DNA of 64,000 nt, taken from Nitrosarchaeum sp. (GTDB lineage Archaea > Thermoproteota > Nitrososphaeria > Nitrososphaerales > Nitrosopumilaceae). Numbering within the stretch: the stretch's first letter is position 1; every line of letters begins with the position of its first letter. Below, in pieces: positions 29,422-40,758 of the stretch. The stretch is taken from NCBI GenBank assembly GCA_965223865.1, contig OZ245020.1, forward strand, positions 480,001-544,000, in the 5' to 3' direction. The position numbers and the translations under genes were made by a program. Below the pieces are notes generated by a model. It ran no database searches. It saw nothing but the letters and a program-made list of their open reading frames with translations, and was not told where the DNA came from.

Positions 29422-30351
29422 ATGAATGAGTTCTATCAAAAAGATATCATCTCAATTAAGGACTTTGACAAAGAGCAGCTAGAGAAGATCTTTATTGCAA
29501 CTGATAAAATTATGAAACTAGAGCCTGCTGAGAGAAGGGAGGTTTCAAAAGGAAAAACCTTAGCTTACTTGTTTTATGAACCAAGTACTAGAACTCGCCT
29601 AAGCTTTGATTCTGCAATTGCCTCAATAGGAGGAAATTCTTTAGGAATATCTGATATTTCTTCATCATCTACACAAAAAGGCGAGAGTCTAGGAGATACT
29701 GTAAAAATTATGTCCATCTATTCTGATGTACTTGTTCTAAGACATCCACTTGATGGTTCAAGTAGATTTGCAGCTGAAATATCCTCAAAACCAGTTATAA
29801 ATGCCGGAAGCGGAACTGAAGAGCATCCAACACAGGCAATTCAAGATTTGTTTACAATTAGAAAAGAAAAGAAAAAGATTGATGGACTAAAAATTGGGAT
29901 TGTAGGAGATTTAAAGTATGGAAGAACTGTTTACTCACTTTTATATGGACTAGGAAACTATGATGTTGACGTCCATTTAATTTCTCCAGAATCTCTGAGA
30001 ATTAGATCTGATTCTGTCTATGAAATAAAAAAGAGGTTGTCATTTAACGAGTCAACAGAAATTGAAGAATACATTGATGATCTTGATGTACTTTATGTAA
30101 CTAGAATTCAAAAAGAGAGATTTCCTGATGAGGAAGAATATCTGAAAGTTAAAGGAAGTTATGTTGTGGGATTGGATTTACTTCAAAAGATGAAAGATGA
30201 TTCCATCATTTTACATCCTCTTCCAAGATTAGATGAAATTTCTACTGATATTGATAATACCAAAAATGCAAAGTACTTTGAACAAGCAGAATATGGAAAA
30301 TATACAAGAGCAGCATTGTTGGGCTTGACTTTAAATGAAGAAGGTTTCTAA
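29422..30351 (+). CDS. pyrB: Aspartate carbamoyltransferase catalytic chain
   Basis: FYEPSTRTRLSF, HPTQ, GDLKYGRT, HPLPR. Confidence 0.97.
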   Translation: MNEFYQKDIISIKDFDKEQLEKIFIATDKIMKLEPAERREVSKGKTLAYLFYEPSTRTRLSFDSAIASIGGNSLGISDISSSSTQKGESLGDTVKIMSIYSDVLVLRHPLDGSSRFAAEISSKPVINAGSGTEEHPTQAIQDLFTIRKEKKKIDGLKIGIVGDLKYGRTVYSLLYGLGNYDVDVHLISPESLRIRSDSVYEIKKRLSFNESTEIEEYIDDLDVLYVTRIQKERFPDEEEYLKVKGSYVVGLDLLQKMKDDSIILHPLPRLDEISTDIDNTKNAKYFEQAEYGKYTRAALLGLTLNEEGF

Positions 30352-30399
30352 ATCATAGCCGTATTCCATATATCTGAAGACAATTCAAATAATTACAGT

Positions 30400-31110
30400 T
30401 TGACTCAGAAAAAAATTCTACCTATATTTCCATTAGATTTGGTTTTGTTTCCAAGACAAGAACTTCCACTTCGAATATTTGAGCCTCGTTACAAGCAACT
30501 GGTTGATGATTGTATGTTAGGTGATGGGTTATTTGGAGTGTGCTTAATTGATCAAAGCAAATCAGTAAATGGTTGGAATGCACCAAAATCCATTGGAACC
30601 ATCGCAAAGATCACTAAATGTGAAGATGTAGAACTAGATGGTCTACAACTACACATTGAAACCCTAGGCCGGAACAAGTTCAAAATTAATAAAATAATTC
30701 CACCAACTTTGGCACCTCCAGAAAATTATGATCCATATACTGTTGAGGGACATAAGGTAATCTTTGATTTACATGAAAGTGTTGGAACTGATGAAAAAAT
30801 GTACATTTGTGCTGAAGTTGAAATGATTCCAGAAATTGACGACAACATTTCATTAGAAAAATGGAAAGATTTGGTTACATTATGGAAAAACAAAATCGTT
30901 TCACAAGCACTGCCTCAAATAGTGGAACCACATGCACTAGATCATGTTTTAGAAAAATACTATCTTACAACTGATCTTCCTACTATAGATTATATCTATT
31001 CATTATCTGCATTGGGTGCAAAGGATCCAAATGACCTACAACCAATCTTGGAAGCCAATACAATTGATGATCTATTGCAAAAAGTCGAAGAATTAATGAC
31101 AGTAAAATAA
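30400..31110 (+). CDS. Lon N-terminal substrate-binding domain protein
   Basis: LPIFPLDLVLFP...LPLRIFEPRYKQLV; GTIAKI. Confidence 0.9.
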   Translation: MTQKKILPIFPLDLVLFPRQELPLRIFEPRYKQLVDDCMLGDGLFGVCLIDQSKSVNGWNAPKSIGTIAKITKCEDVELDGLQLHIETLGRNKFKINKIIPPTLAPPENYDPYTVEGHKVIFDLHESVGTDEKMYICAEVEMIPEIDDNISLEKWKDLVTLWKNKIVSQALPQIVEPHALDHVLEKYYLTTDLPTIDYIYSLSALGAKDPNDLQPILEANTIDDLLQKVEELMTVK

Positions 31111-31123
31111 CCCTAATGATGGC

Positions 31124-32497
31124 TTGATCATGATGTTTGCTAAATTTGGAATTCTTGTTCTAGCAGCATTTTTGGTATTTCCTGTAACAAATGTCTATGG
31201 ACATGGATTAGGAATTGATACAATATCTTCTATAGATATTCATGGAAAGTCAATATCTATTTCAGTAGAACTTCCAATGTACTTTGAAAAAGATGACAAT
31301 AAGCAAATTACCATTACTGCAACAGAAGACGAAACAAACCAAACTGCAAAAAATGTAACATTTTTGATTGGGTTGTTTCATCAAAATGAAATGATTTTTA
31401 GAAATTACTTTTTTGCAGAGAATGGAGTACTTCCAATCAAAGTAAAGCCGACAACAGAGGGAGAAATTGAAATTAATGGAGACCAAGACTCTCTTTTGGG
31501 TGCGTGGCATGGAACAGAATCAAACCCAATTGAAATAACAGGACCTATTTTTAATTCAGGTGGGCTGTACAATTTTGAGATTGAAGTTAGAACTATTGAT
31601 GAGCCTACAAACATCATTGAAGATTCTGGAATCTACAATGCTGATCTGAGCATTGTAGAACTAACTGAACACATGCAAAAAGACGAGCAAGGAAATGATG
31701 TAAAGTTTAGATTAAAATCATATTTTGACAAAATCTCACAGCTAGAATACAACCCTACCACTAAAGAAGTATCCTTTGAGATGCCATTTGATTGGAGTGA
31801 AAAACAAATGTCCCATATACCTGTAGTCCATGAGGAAGTACATTTTCCAAAAGAATTTGCTGAATTCTTGTATCCAAGCTATACTGGAAAAGTAAATGGA
31901 ATTGATTTGTTTAAAGCATCCGTTACAATAGATGACTATACTGAAGAAGATGAAAGAATAGTTCATTTTGTTTTATTGCAGGATCATTTGAAATTCATAA
32001 AGAATCAAATGAAAAAATCTGACGAACCATTACCAGATAAAATGGTCTTTACTCTATTGGCAAGTGAGAAGATTGAATTTCCATTAACAGCATATACAAG
32101 AAGCGAAGACTTTCAGGTAGATTTGTCTTGGGATCCATTAGACATACAACCTGGTGTAAAGACAAATTTTGTTTTTACAATAAGAAATGGGGCAACAGGT
32201 GAACCTATGAGAAGTTCTGACTATACCTTTGTGATAATCCAAAACGGAAAGGAGATCCACAGAACAACTGGGATTGCTCAAGTAGGAGGAGATTTTGAAT
32301 CATACGAATTTGGTGAGGATCAAACAGGTCCAACTGTTATTCGTTTTGAAAACATTAGAAATACCGGACAAGAAACTGAATTTGGAATAGTAGTTGCTCC
32401 TGAATTTGGTTCAATAGCATTACTGATTCTGGTGATATCTATAGTTGGTGTAATTTTCATTTCAAGACAAAAATTATTTATTTTAAAAACTTCCTAA
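31124..32497 (+). CDS. Secreted PEFG-CTERM protein with predicted mature N-terminus HGLG (paralog of 39046 and 44335)
   Basis: Signal peptide ...VYG|HGLG; shared FxMPF[DE]W/VVHEE/VHF core; APEFG + TM tail. Confidence 0.85.
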   Translation: MIMMFAKFGILVLAAFLVFPVTNVYGHGLGIDTISSIDIHGKSISISVELPMYFEKDDNKQITITATEDETNQTAKNVTFLIGLFHQNEMIFRNYFFAENGVLPIKVKPTTEGEIEINGDQDSLLGAWHGTESNPIEITGPIFNSGGLYNFEIEVRTIDEPTNIIEDSGIYNADLSIVELTEHMQKDEQGNDVKFRLKSYFDKISQLEYNPTTKEVSFEMPFDWSEKQMSHIPVVHEEVHFPKEFAEFLYPSYTGKVNGIDLFKASVTIDDYTEEDERIVHFVLLQDHLKFIKNQMKKSDEPLPDKMVFTLLASEKIEFPLTAYTRSEDFQVDLSWDPLDIQPGVKTNFVFTIRNGATGEPMRSSDYTFVIIQNGKEIHRTTGIAQVGGDFESYEFGEDQTGPTVIRFENIRNTGQETEFGIVVAPEFGSIALLILVISIVGVIFISRQKLFILKTS

Positions 32498-32645
32498 AGC
32501 GTTGCGAGTTTAACAGCATCCATGTTTTTGTTTGTCTGAAAGTCCCTAGTCATTGTAGATACTTTTTCAGCTTGTTGGAACAATTGTTTTGTTGTCAATT
32601 GGTCTTTTTGCAGGTACAATAGGAATACGAGCAACAAGAATCTTA

Positions 32646-35423
32646 TCAAGAAATCATTAATGAATTTAGTCTTCTCTTATCTTTAATATTTTTAACATAA
32701 AACAAAGAAGTTGCAATAATTCCTAATGCAATTAATGGTGATGCAATCTCTGTATATTTTAGCTCAATTCTGCTGGTAGGCTCTACAGTTGATGCTATAC
32801 TTGGAATTTCAGTAATCTTTACCATTGCTAATTTGTTGCCTTGTTGCTCTACAAACCAAACATTGTCATTGGTATCTGCTGTTGTAAATTGAGCAAATGA
32901 GGTTACAGTTGGAATTGGAACTTCAATTAGATCATCATTGTCTGGATCATAAGCTCCAATACTATCTACGGTATGTTGTGCAAACCAAATATTCCCATAT
33001 CTATCAAATGACATTCCATATGGTAATGCCTCTTGATTTGGTACGGGAATTCTCTCAAAGGTCTCTAAAATTGGATTAAATTTTGCTATGGCTAATCCTG
33101 TATGCTCTGCAATCCAGAGACTTCCATCGTCATCAAAAAGCAAGGCTTCAGGTGCCCCTAGCGGGATACTTGGAGCAAATTCTTTGATACTATTATCTTC
33201 TGGATTGATATAGCCAATTCTTCCTGTTTTGGATTCTGTAAACCAAATCTTACCGTCTTCATCAATTGTTAATGCAAATGGAAGAGATTCTTTTTCAGGA
33301 AGACGTACCTCTTCAAATGTTTTTTCTTTTTGATCATACTTTAGAATGACATCTTTATTGATTATGGCAATCCAGATATTGCCTTCAAAATCAGATTGAA
33401 TAAAGGTACCAATATTATCTGAAATGATTGGTTGAATCTTTGGCAGAGTAATAGTTGAAATTTCATTTGTTTTTGGATCAATGTATCCTATTTGATTTCG
33501 GGGAGTATCTGTAAACCAAATCTTACCTTCATTATCCTTGGTTAGAATCATAGTAGTTAATCCATCAAAGGAAAACGATTCAAACTCTTCTGACTCTAAA
33601 TCAAATCTCCAAATTTTTGGTGCAGAAGGATCACTGATCCAAATCGAATTTTTCCCATCAAACAATGGGTATAGAGGTTTTGCTGATTCTGGTAATTCAT
33701 ATTCACTTATTTCAGTTTGAAGATCCATCAATCTTGGTTTGATTAACAGCATTAACAAAACTGATTCATTTGCATTCTTAGTTCGTTGTGCTTCAACTTC
33801 TACTTGCCACTGTCCAGAAAATCCAAACGTTAACTCTCCTTTGAATTCTCTTGGTCCTTCTTCTTGCTCAGTTGTTTCGATAGGAATCTCTATTGGTGAG
33901 ATATTTTTTTGAGGATTTGAAATTTTTATTTTGAGTTCATTAGAATCATAAAGTGAATTATTTTCAAAGTCACTTACTTTAACAAAAATTGAATTTGTTC
34001 CACTGGTAAATGGAGTAATTTCAATATCAAATCTTGCATTTTCTGTGTATTCTATTGTTCTAAATCCATATGTAATATCTTGTGCATCTGCTTTTTGAAT
34101 TTCTCCTGCAGGCAATGTGCCATTTGCCAATAAAGCAACAACACCTAGTAGGATAATTCCTAGTGACGCATCAAACTTTAATGATCTCTTTAATTTTTTA
34201 TGGACTGAAATTGATTTTGATTCCAGAGCCTTCTCTCCTGCTTTTTGAACTCTAAACTGAAAGAATCCTCCCAACCCTACCATAACTGCAGCAATTGCAA
34301 TCTTTGCTATGATCAATTTTCCATATGTGGATTCAGTAATTATTCCAACATCACTTTCTAGGAGCCACATTAGGGTTGGCCCTGAAATTATTACAATTCC
34401 TACGGCAATCACAAATGCAATGGAAAATCTTGGAATCATTACCAATGACATTTTCTCCATTTTTATTTTTTCGAGTCTTGAAAATGTTGGAAGTAGCGTA
34501 AAGACAAAGTAAATTATTCCTCCTATCCATACTGCAGCAACCAAATTGTGTACATAATCAAGGACAACTGCTGCCATTTGGCCACTAGCAGCGCCATGTC
34601 CTATCATAGTTGAGGTTCCAATCAAAACTAATGATAAAACAAGCATTGGGATGTAATTGTACTTTGTAATCTGTTTTTTCCTGTCCATCCAAAACCAAAT
34701 TCCAAGAAGCATTACAGTAATTATCATTCGAATAAGCCAAGAAGTACCAAATGTTGTTTGGATAGCCTCGATTGCAGAGGTTTCTAATCTCAAAGTTTGA
34801 ACTGCAAGCATTATAATGTTTGAGGCAAAAACTAACATCAAGCCAATTCCGGTAATGGTCATAAATCGCCCATGATGAACAGTGTCGATTTTTTCAAACT
34901 CTTTTCTGATTAACTCTTTGTTTTGTGTTCCCCAAATTAGCAGAGATGCAATTACAGAACCTAGAATAATTGTTTGTCCAACAAGTCCAGGAAATCTAGC
35001 TCCTGCTTCTGGAAAGAACAATAACTCTGATGTAGACTTTTCAGAAACATCAATGTCAATCTTGACATCTCCTACTGCAAAGATAAAAGCACCATCTACC
35101 AAGTGACCATCAACTTTAGAGAGTACTTTGCTTGTTCCAGTATAGACTCCCTCTTCTAATGGTGGTGTAGTGACAATAAGAGAGGTTTCACCTTCATAAT
35201 ATCTAGTGTCCCTATTGTCAATTTGATCACCATTACTATCATAAATTTTCAAAGAGCTAAAATCTAATTCTACAGGTTCTGAAAATATAACGTAAACTTC
35301 AGTAATTCCTACAGGTGCATTAAGTGAGGAACTTGGATTTGTCTCTAGTGTAAATGGATGAGCTGAAGCATATGGAATCCCAATTGCTAAAATTAAAAGA
35401 AAAACAAATAGAAATTTTCTCAT
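32646..35423 (-). CDS. CopC-CopD fusion copper uptake protein with a C-terminal Vgb-like beta-propeller
   Basis: ASA|HPF and SKVDGH (CopC); GHGAA and HNLVAAVWIGG (CopD); repeated G.IWFT propeller blades. Confidence 0.9.
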   Translation of the reverse strand: MRKFLFVFLLILAIGIPYASAHPFTLETNPSSSLNAPVGITEVYVIFSEPVELDFSSLKIYDSNGDQIDNRDTRYYEGETSLIVTTPPLEEGVYTGTSKVLSKVDGHLVDGAFIFAVGDVKIDIDVSEKSTSELLFFPEAGARFPGLVGQTIILGSVIASLLIWGTQNKELIRKEFEKIDTVHHGRFMTITGIGLMLVFASNIIMLAVQTLRLETSAIEAIQTTFGTSWLIRMIITVMLLGIWFWMDRKKQITKYNYIPMLVLSLVLIGTSTMIGHGAASGQMAAVVLDYVHNLVAAVWIGGIIYFVFTLLPTFSRLEKIKMEKMSLVMIPRFSIAFVIAVGIVIISGPTLMWLLESDVGIITESTYGKLIIAKIAIAAVMVGLGGFFQFRVQKAGEKALESKSISVHKKLKRSLKFDASLGIILLGVVALLANGTLPAGEIQKADAQDITYGFRTIEYTENARFDIEITPFTSGTNSIFVKVSDFENNSLYDSNELKIKISNPQKNISPIEIPIETTEQEEGPREFKGELTFGFSGQWQVEVEAQRTKNANESVLLMLLIKPRLMDLQTEISEYELPESAKPLYPLFDGKNSIWISDPSAPKIWRFDLESEEFESFSFDGLTTMILTKDNEGKIWFTDTPRNQIGYIDPKTNEISTITLPKIQPIISDNIGTFIQSDFEGNIWIAIINKDVILKYDQKEKTFEEVRLPEKESLPFALTIDEDGKIWFTESKTGRIGYINPEDNSIKEFAPSIPLGAPEALLFDDDGSLWIAEHTGLAIAKFNPILETFERIPVPNQEALPYGMSFDRYGNIWFAQHTVDSIGAYDPDNDDLIEVPIPTVTSFAQFTTADTNDNVWFVEQQGNKLAMVKITEIPSIASTVEPTSRIELKYTEIASPLIALGIIATSLFYVKNIKDKRRLNSLMIS

Positions 35424-35472
35424 ATTATTTTCATTTTACAACTCTTAATTTAAACAATTTAGATTTTGTTCG

Positions 35473-36162
35473 ATGATTGTACCAAATCTAGTAAAGATAA
35501 TAACGTGTTACAATAAAATGATAGTCGTGAATGTTTTAATTTTTGGATTAATTGCAATATTAATTTCTGCAGGGATTACATCTCAAGCCTTTGCTCATAC
35601 TACAGTTCATGTTGAACAGTATGAAATTGAAGTAGGTTGGGGAATAGAACCACCCATTGTTGAATATAGAAATGATTTTGTTTTTGAAATTAGTGAACCT
35701 GGAGAAAATCCAGGAGTTAAAATTGGAGTAAAGAATGCGTTTAAGAATTTAGAAGCAACTGCAAAATTTGGTGGTGTTACTAAAATTTTAGATATAGGCT
35801 CTGATCCAAGACCAGGTCACTACTTTTCACACGTGATTCCAACAAAGACAGGCTCAATTTCAATACTATTAGAGGGAGAAATTAATGGAGTTCCAGTAAA
35901 TATTGATATTCCAGTTGAAGATGTTGAGACAACTGCAGTTTTAGATTTTCCTCCTACTAGTGGTTCATCTTCAGATCAAGATGTTTCAGCTTTGAAAAAT
36001 GCAATATCTCAACTACAAAGAGATGTTTCAGAAATTAAGACAGGTTCTGGAATCGAAGTCAAATCAGATACTGGTGCAGCATATGACTTTGCCGTTCTTG
36101 GTCTATCAATTGGTGCAGCGGCAATTATCTTAGCTGTTATTGCTTTAGTAAAAAGAAAATAG
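35473..36162 (+). CDS. Secreted membrane-anchored protein with predicted N-terminal His (start probably GTG about 35527)
   Basis: AFA|HTTVH; EVGWGIEPP, PGHY, DFPP; C-terminal TM + KRK; divergent from copCD. Confidence 0.8.
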   Translation: MIVPNLVKIITCYNKMIVVNVLIFGLIAILISAGITSQAFAHTTVHVEQYEIEVGWGIEPPIVEYRNDFVFEISEPGENPGVKIGVKNAFKNLEATAKFGGVTKILDIGSDPRPGHYFSHVIPTKTGSISILLEGEINGVPVNIDIPVEDVETTAVLDFPPTSGSSSDQDVSALKNAISQLQRDVSEIKTGSGIEVKSDTGAAYDFAVLGLSIGAAAIILAVIALVKRK

Positions 36163-36177
36163 AAAAAGAGTGAATTC

Positions 36178-37065
36178 CTAAAGTCTTGGAATAACTCTAG
36201 ATTTGGCAGTTACTGCTATGATGCTTATGATTGAAACAGCGAGTATCATCATTGCAATTGTTCCAAATTCAGGAACAACGTTTGAGAATACTACTTCTTC
36301 ACCAATTGGTCCAGTTTTTTCATCTACACCATACCCTTGGAAGGTAATGGTAACATCTACTGGATCAGAGGAATCAAGAGCTTGTGTCATGTGTGATCCT
36401 TTTCCCTCATGGTGATGTGCACCCATATCATCTAGCACTGTATTGCCATTTTGTGTGACTTTGATGTCATGATTGACATGTTCTGAATCTTCGAATACAA
36501 CATTGATCTCCATCATTTCACCAGCAGTTGGTGCAGAGGTCCAAATTGAAACAGTTGTACCGTCTGACAACATTCCTGTTGCTGTTGCATCACCTTCCAT
36601 TTCCATCATTTCACCGTTGTCCATATGCATCTCTTCGTCATCGTGTTCGTCTTTCATTTCTTCAGCACCTGCTTCCTGAACAACTACAATTCCTTGCATC
36701 CATGGATGAACCATGCAGAAGTAGTCGTAGTTACCAGGTTCGTAACCGTCGAACTTGACAGAAAATGTAGATCCTGCCATGAACAAGCTACTATCAAATA
36801 GACCATCAGGTCCATCAGCTGGAGTTCCAGATGTTACAGTATGTGCTGCAGTGTCATCATTTGTCCATGTGACTTCACCACCAACATCGATTGTTACCTC
36901 GTATGGAAGATAACATTCGTTTGTTTCTTCACATCCTGGAACTGAGGTACCTGCAGGAGTACTAACAGTTGCAGTCGGATGATCTGCAAAAGCAGGATTT
37001 GCTGCAGTCACTCCAGCTACAATAGCGAGTAATACGAAGAGAGAGCCTATAGCTATAGTCTTCAT
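36178..37065 (-). CDS. Plastocyanin-like blue copper protein with a His/Met/acidic linker and PEFG-CTERM
   Basis: WTNDDTAAHTVT and YFCMVHPWM type-1 Cu ligands; AHHHEG; VPEFG tail. Confidence 0.93.
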   Translation of the reverse strand: MKTIAIGSLFVLLAIVAGVTAANPAFADHPTATVSTPAGTSVPGCEETNECYLPYEVTIDVGGEVTWTNDDTAAHTVTSGTPADGPDGLFDSSLFMAGSTFSVKFDGYEPGNYDYFCMVHPWMQGIVVVQEAGAEEMKDEHDDEEMHMDNGEMMEMEGDATATGMLSDGTTVSIWTSAPTAGEMMEINVVFEDSEHVNHDIKVTQNGNTVLDDMGAHHHEGKGSHMTQALDSSDPVDVTITFQGYGVDEKTGPIGEEVVFSNVVPEFGTIAMMILAVSIISIIAVTAKSRVIPRL

Positions 37066-37187
37066 TAGATCTTGTACTTGTTCGGATACATAAAAACCTC
37101 ACTGGCATTTTCAGGTTGAATATTCCACTTTCTTTAGTACAAGTTCTTAAAGATAACAAGAGATCGTTAGAATACGTGGAGTAAAAT

Positions 37188-37325
37188 CATAATTGACTTA
37201 AAAATCTATGACTGGATCTTCATTATTCCTTCTTTGATCAAGAATTGTATTCCTTGAACAAAGGAGTTATCATCAATGTAGCCATTTGCCCACCAGCCTG
37301 CGTTGTTCTTAATCCATTCAGGAAT
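37188..37325 (-). repeat. 138-bp inverted repeat, left copy (partner 40639-40776)
   Basis: One mismatch; covers the [12 protein letters not shown] module, stop codon and 18 nt of 3' flank. Confidence 0.95.
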
Positions 37326-37964
37326 AGTCATTTTTGTATCATTAGGTTGCAATATTTCTATATTGTCCATGTCGACTACTTTGATGGCATCCTCAAAGTA
37401 ATTTTTTACAGCATTTCTCCTTTCATCCCATATGTTGGTCATTATTGTAATATTGTTCAATACTGTTGTTGGCTCAAACTCAAAAATTATAATCTTAAAC
37501 CCATCTTCATTTTCTGCACTAATATTCACCTTTCGTAAAAGGTTATCATCATCATAAATACCGATTATTTTATCATCAAATTTGTTATCCCATACTAAAT
37601 GAGCTACGGATTTCTCTACTAGCACACCACTTATGAGTTCTTCATATGGTGCAAAATGTAATTCTACATGAGAAACGGCTGTTGCACCTTCGTTTTCAAA
37701 AATTTTTAACATAATTGTAGTTTTTCCATCTTTGTTTAGTATTTGGGTTGGAATAGTCTGACTATAATGATCCACATCAAAAGATACAGAGTTAATTGAA
37801 AGGCCTGCTCATGGTAGTGGAGGATGTGGAAGTGATTGTACACCTCCTACACTAGGTGTAGACAAAGATGGCAGAATTAGAGTAGAAGGAGCATAAGCAG
37901 ATGTGACCCCAGTTATTGTAATTAATAATGCTATAACTATACTTACAAGAATTTTTATTTTCAT
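37206..37964 (-). pseudogene. Secreted IPxWI-repeat protein interrupted by an 88-bp internal inversion
   Basis: ATG 37964 signal peptide is in frame with the 37775-37206 ORF; the single stop (TGA 37811-37809) lies inside the inverted segment 37806-37893; flipping it gives a stop-free 252-aa ORF. Confidence 0.85.
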
Positions 37965-38000
37965 TTGTTTCTTCTAATCTTTTTTTGTAATTTAAACAAA

Positions 38001-38023
38001 TGGTATATTTGAAGCTTGTACCA
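38001..38023. promoter_or_regulatory. Candidate operator TGGTAT-N11-GTACCA
   Basis: Matches the sites at 46972 and 50071; lies just upstream of the TTTAAA box of the 37964 gene. Confidence 0.5.
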
Positions 38024-38108
38024 CTATTTTTTAATCCAAAAAATAATTTCTCATAATACCATATGAAAAAATATAATCTATCTTTAGGTCTTAGTGGCAG
38101 TACTTTGA

Positions 38109-38933
38109 TTATGGACGTAAAATCTTGATAGTTTTTAGAATTCCAAATACAGGAATTCCAACATACATTCCAATATTTAGAAGAAGCATTGAGATTCCAT
38201 AACCCAAAACTTCTTGTTCAGAATCCATATTTACATGATTTAGAATTGATAGCGATGAAATCATTGGAGTCAGTGCAATTTTTACAGTCTCTTTGAATAA
38301 AGGACTTTGGCGTTCCATATCTGCAATTGCTGGTGAGAATGAATAGTAAAACTGATTGAATCCGGCCATAAATGAAGATCCAGATTCTGTTGCAAGAAGG
38401 TTGTTGTCTCTTAGTTCTCTTAGTTGTTGTACTTGTGGTGCCATTTCAGAACCATATGTTGCAGTAGCAATAAGACAACCTCCACCTGGAGGCTCTTCTG
38501 AACCGTTATTTACTGAAACTGATGGTTCAGCATTTGCTTGCCCAACTATAACATCAAAGGAAACAGTTTCTATAGGTATTGGTTGAAATAATATTCCCTC
38601 TACTTCAAAGTCAACTGAATAAAGACCTTCATCATTAAACTCAACGGGAATCTTTACAGATCCTAATGATGTGTGAGTAAGTGGAATTGGACCGAAAATT
38701 GTTCCTCCATCTTTGAACACTGTTATCCTATAATCGATATGCTCTTGAACTTTTTGTGTTTGCGGATTTATAAAATCAATATTCAGTCTTGTTTGCTGAC
38801 CTGGAACTATATCATCATAAGACAATTTCACATCTAGTGTTCCTTTATCAGTTGGCAAAGTTTCAGAATTTGTTTGAGCAAATGCAGGAGTAACTAAAAG
38901 TGGAATTAATAATAAAGCAATAAAATACTTCAT
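38109..38933 (-). CDS. Secreted CFI-box-CTERM protein
   Basis: Signal peptide MKYF...AFA|Q; GGGCLIATATYGSEMAPQVQQLRELRD...FYYSFSP + TM tail. Confidence 0.88.
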   Translation of the reverse strand: MKYFIALLLIPLLVTPAFAQTNSETLPTDKGTLDVKLSYDDIVPGQQTRLNIDFINPQTQKVQEHIDYRITVFKDGGTIFGPIPLTHTSLGSVKIPVEFNDEGLYSVDFEVEGILFQPIPIETVSFDVIVGQANAEPSVSVNNGSEEPPGGGCLIATATYGSEMAPQVQQLRELRDNNLLATESGSSFMAGFNQFYYSFSPAIADMERQSPLFKETVKIALTPMISSLSILNHVNMDSEQEVLGYGISMLLLNIGMYVGIPVFGILKTIKILRP

Positions 38934-39045
38934 GTGTTTTCTTTTTTTTAGACCATAAATAAAATTTGCATTTATTATCATTTGAAATACACACGCATGA
39001 GAATTCAATACCATCTTTAAATATGGAATTAGTTCAATTCAATCA

Positions 39046-40758
39046 TTGTACCAGTATACAATACTTTTTGCTCTATTGGCAATTAGCGTTCCATTTTTAG
39101 TAACAGATGCGTTTGGTCATGGACTAGGTGGTGATCAAGCTGAACCCTTATCCTTTGGTGACATGGAAGTTACAGTTAGAACAGAACTTTCACCATCTGA
39201 TATTACAGTAGGCGATATTGATGACATCAACATGAGTGTACGTTTCTTTGATACCATAACTGATGAAACTTTGGATAAGGTAACTTATAGAATCGAAGTA
39301 TGGCAAAGTGGTGAACTCTTAGCTAGAAATTTGTTTTATGACTTAGACGGTAAACTAGATGTTAAGATTAATCCAAAAACGGGCTGTGCTGAAGGTGAAT
39401 TATGGAAATGCACGGTATATGGAGGTTCTGAACATGTAACTGCACCAGGAGCATTATATGTCCATGGTGAAGCATGTGATGATACTAATTTAGATACTTG
39501 TGCTAGACCAACAATTACTGGTCCTTTGTTTGTGAAAGGGGGACTGTATAACATTAGAGTCGATATTGAAGGAGCCACTAGTCCAAAAACTGTTCTAGCT
39601 ACACTACTAAGCTATGATACTTTTGTTTCAGTTGCACAAGAACAAAACTTTATGTTTCAAACTGCAAATGCTGAAGAAATACCAGTAATTATTAAAACAT
39701 ACTATGATGATGTTGATAATTTTAAATTTGATGAATCAGACAACTCAATTTCATTTGATATGCCATTTGATTGGAGTCCAGATTATGTAGACTTGGTACA
39801 AGTAGTACATGAAGAAGTAAGAGTTCCAAAAACATTTATGCCATATGCAGAAGGAAAACAATTCAAAGGATATGTTAACGGTGTAGAAATCGATCAGAGG
39901 GCCTTACTTAACGATCCCTATTCATATGATGATACCAATATTGTTCATTTCCTAATTACAAACACTGAACTGCAAAAAATTAACGAAACGCTGGGACCAG
40001 ATAATTATGATAACCCAAAAATGGATTTGAAATTAGTTCCACTTGATGAAGTATCAAAAAGTTCAACTGAATTTTATCTAGTTGATACTACAAACTACGA
40101 GCAGGTCCCAACTACAGTGAATGTTTCTTGGGATGGAAGTTATGGTGCAGGAGATAATGTTCCGTTTGAAATAACATTCTTTGATGAAAACAGAGAATTG
40201 ATACGTGACATAAAATACGCAGTTTCATTTATTGATGAAAATAATCAGGAATTAGAAAGATTCACAGGAGATGATCCTCAAAATCCTGGTATTACTGCTA
40301 TAGAAGGAATTGATTATCAAAAAATCTTCATCCCTTCACAGGGTCAATACCGAATTGATATTCTAGTTTATGGAACAGGATTTGACTATGATCCAACCTA
40401 TGCTGGAATTGGTTCAGGAATTATTGAGATTGGACCTAGCCTTCCAAAAACTACACCATCTACACCTGAAGTACAACCACCTGCTGCAATTCCTGAATGG
40501 ATTAAGAACAACGCAGGCTGGTGGGCAAATGGCGACATTGATGATAACTCCTTTGTTCAAGGAATACAATTCTTGATCAAAGAAGGAATAATGAAGATTC
40601 CTCCAACGACACAAGGCGAAGGTGCTGGATCTAATGAAATTCCTGAATGGATTAAGAACAACGCAGGCTGGTGGGCAAATGGCGACATTGATGATAACTC
40701 CTTTGTTCAAGGAATACAATTCTTGATCAAAGAAGGAATAATGAAGATCCAGTCATAG
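39046..40758 (+). CDS. Secreted protein with predicted mature N-terminus HGLGG and two C-terminal [12 protein letters not shown] modules
   Basis: AFG|HGLGG; core shared with 31124 and 44335; duplicated C-terminal module. Confidence 0.85.
   Translation: MYQYTILFALLAISVPFLVTDAFGHGLGGDQAEPLSFGDMEVTVRTELSPSDITVGDIDDINMSVRFFDTITDETLDKVTYRIEVWQSGELLARNLFYDLDGKLDVKINPKTGCAEGELWKCTVYGGSEHVTAPGALYVHGEACDDTNLDTCARPTITGPLFVKGGLYNIRVDIEGATSPKTVLATLLSYDTFVSVAQEQNFMFQTANAEEIPVIIKTYYDDVDNFKFDESDNSISFDMPFDWSPDYVDLVQVVHEEVRVPKTFMPYAEGKQFKGYVNGVEIDQRALLNDPYSYDDTNIVHFLITNTELQKINETLGPDNYDNPKMDLKLVPLDEVSKSSTEFYLVDTTNYEQVPTTVNVSWDGSYGAGDNVPFEITFFDENRELIRDIKYAVSFIDENNQELERFTGDDPQNPGITAIEGIDYQKIFIPSQGQYRIDILVYGTGFDYDPTYAGIGSGIIEIGPSLPKTTPSTPEVQPPAAIPEWIKNNAGWWANGDIDDNSFVQGIQFLIKEGIMKIPPTTQGEGAGSNEIPEWIKNNAGWWANGDIDDNSFVQGIQFLIKEGIMKIQS
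40488..40748 (+). repeat. Identical 111-bp direct repeat (40488-40598 and 40638-40748), period 150
   Basis: Exact nucleotide identity, including third codon positions. Confidence 0.95.

Noticed and set aside
32494-32649. 51-aa minus-strand ORF overlapping the copCD stop (MIRFLLLVFLLYLQK...)
   Set aside because: The TTGA overlap is suggestive but there is no recognisable motif; insufficient support
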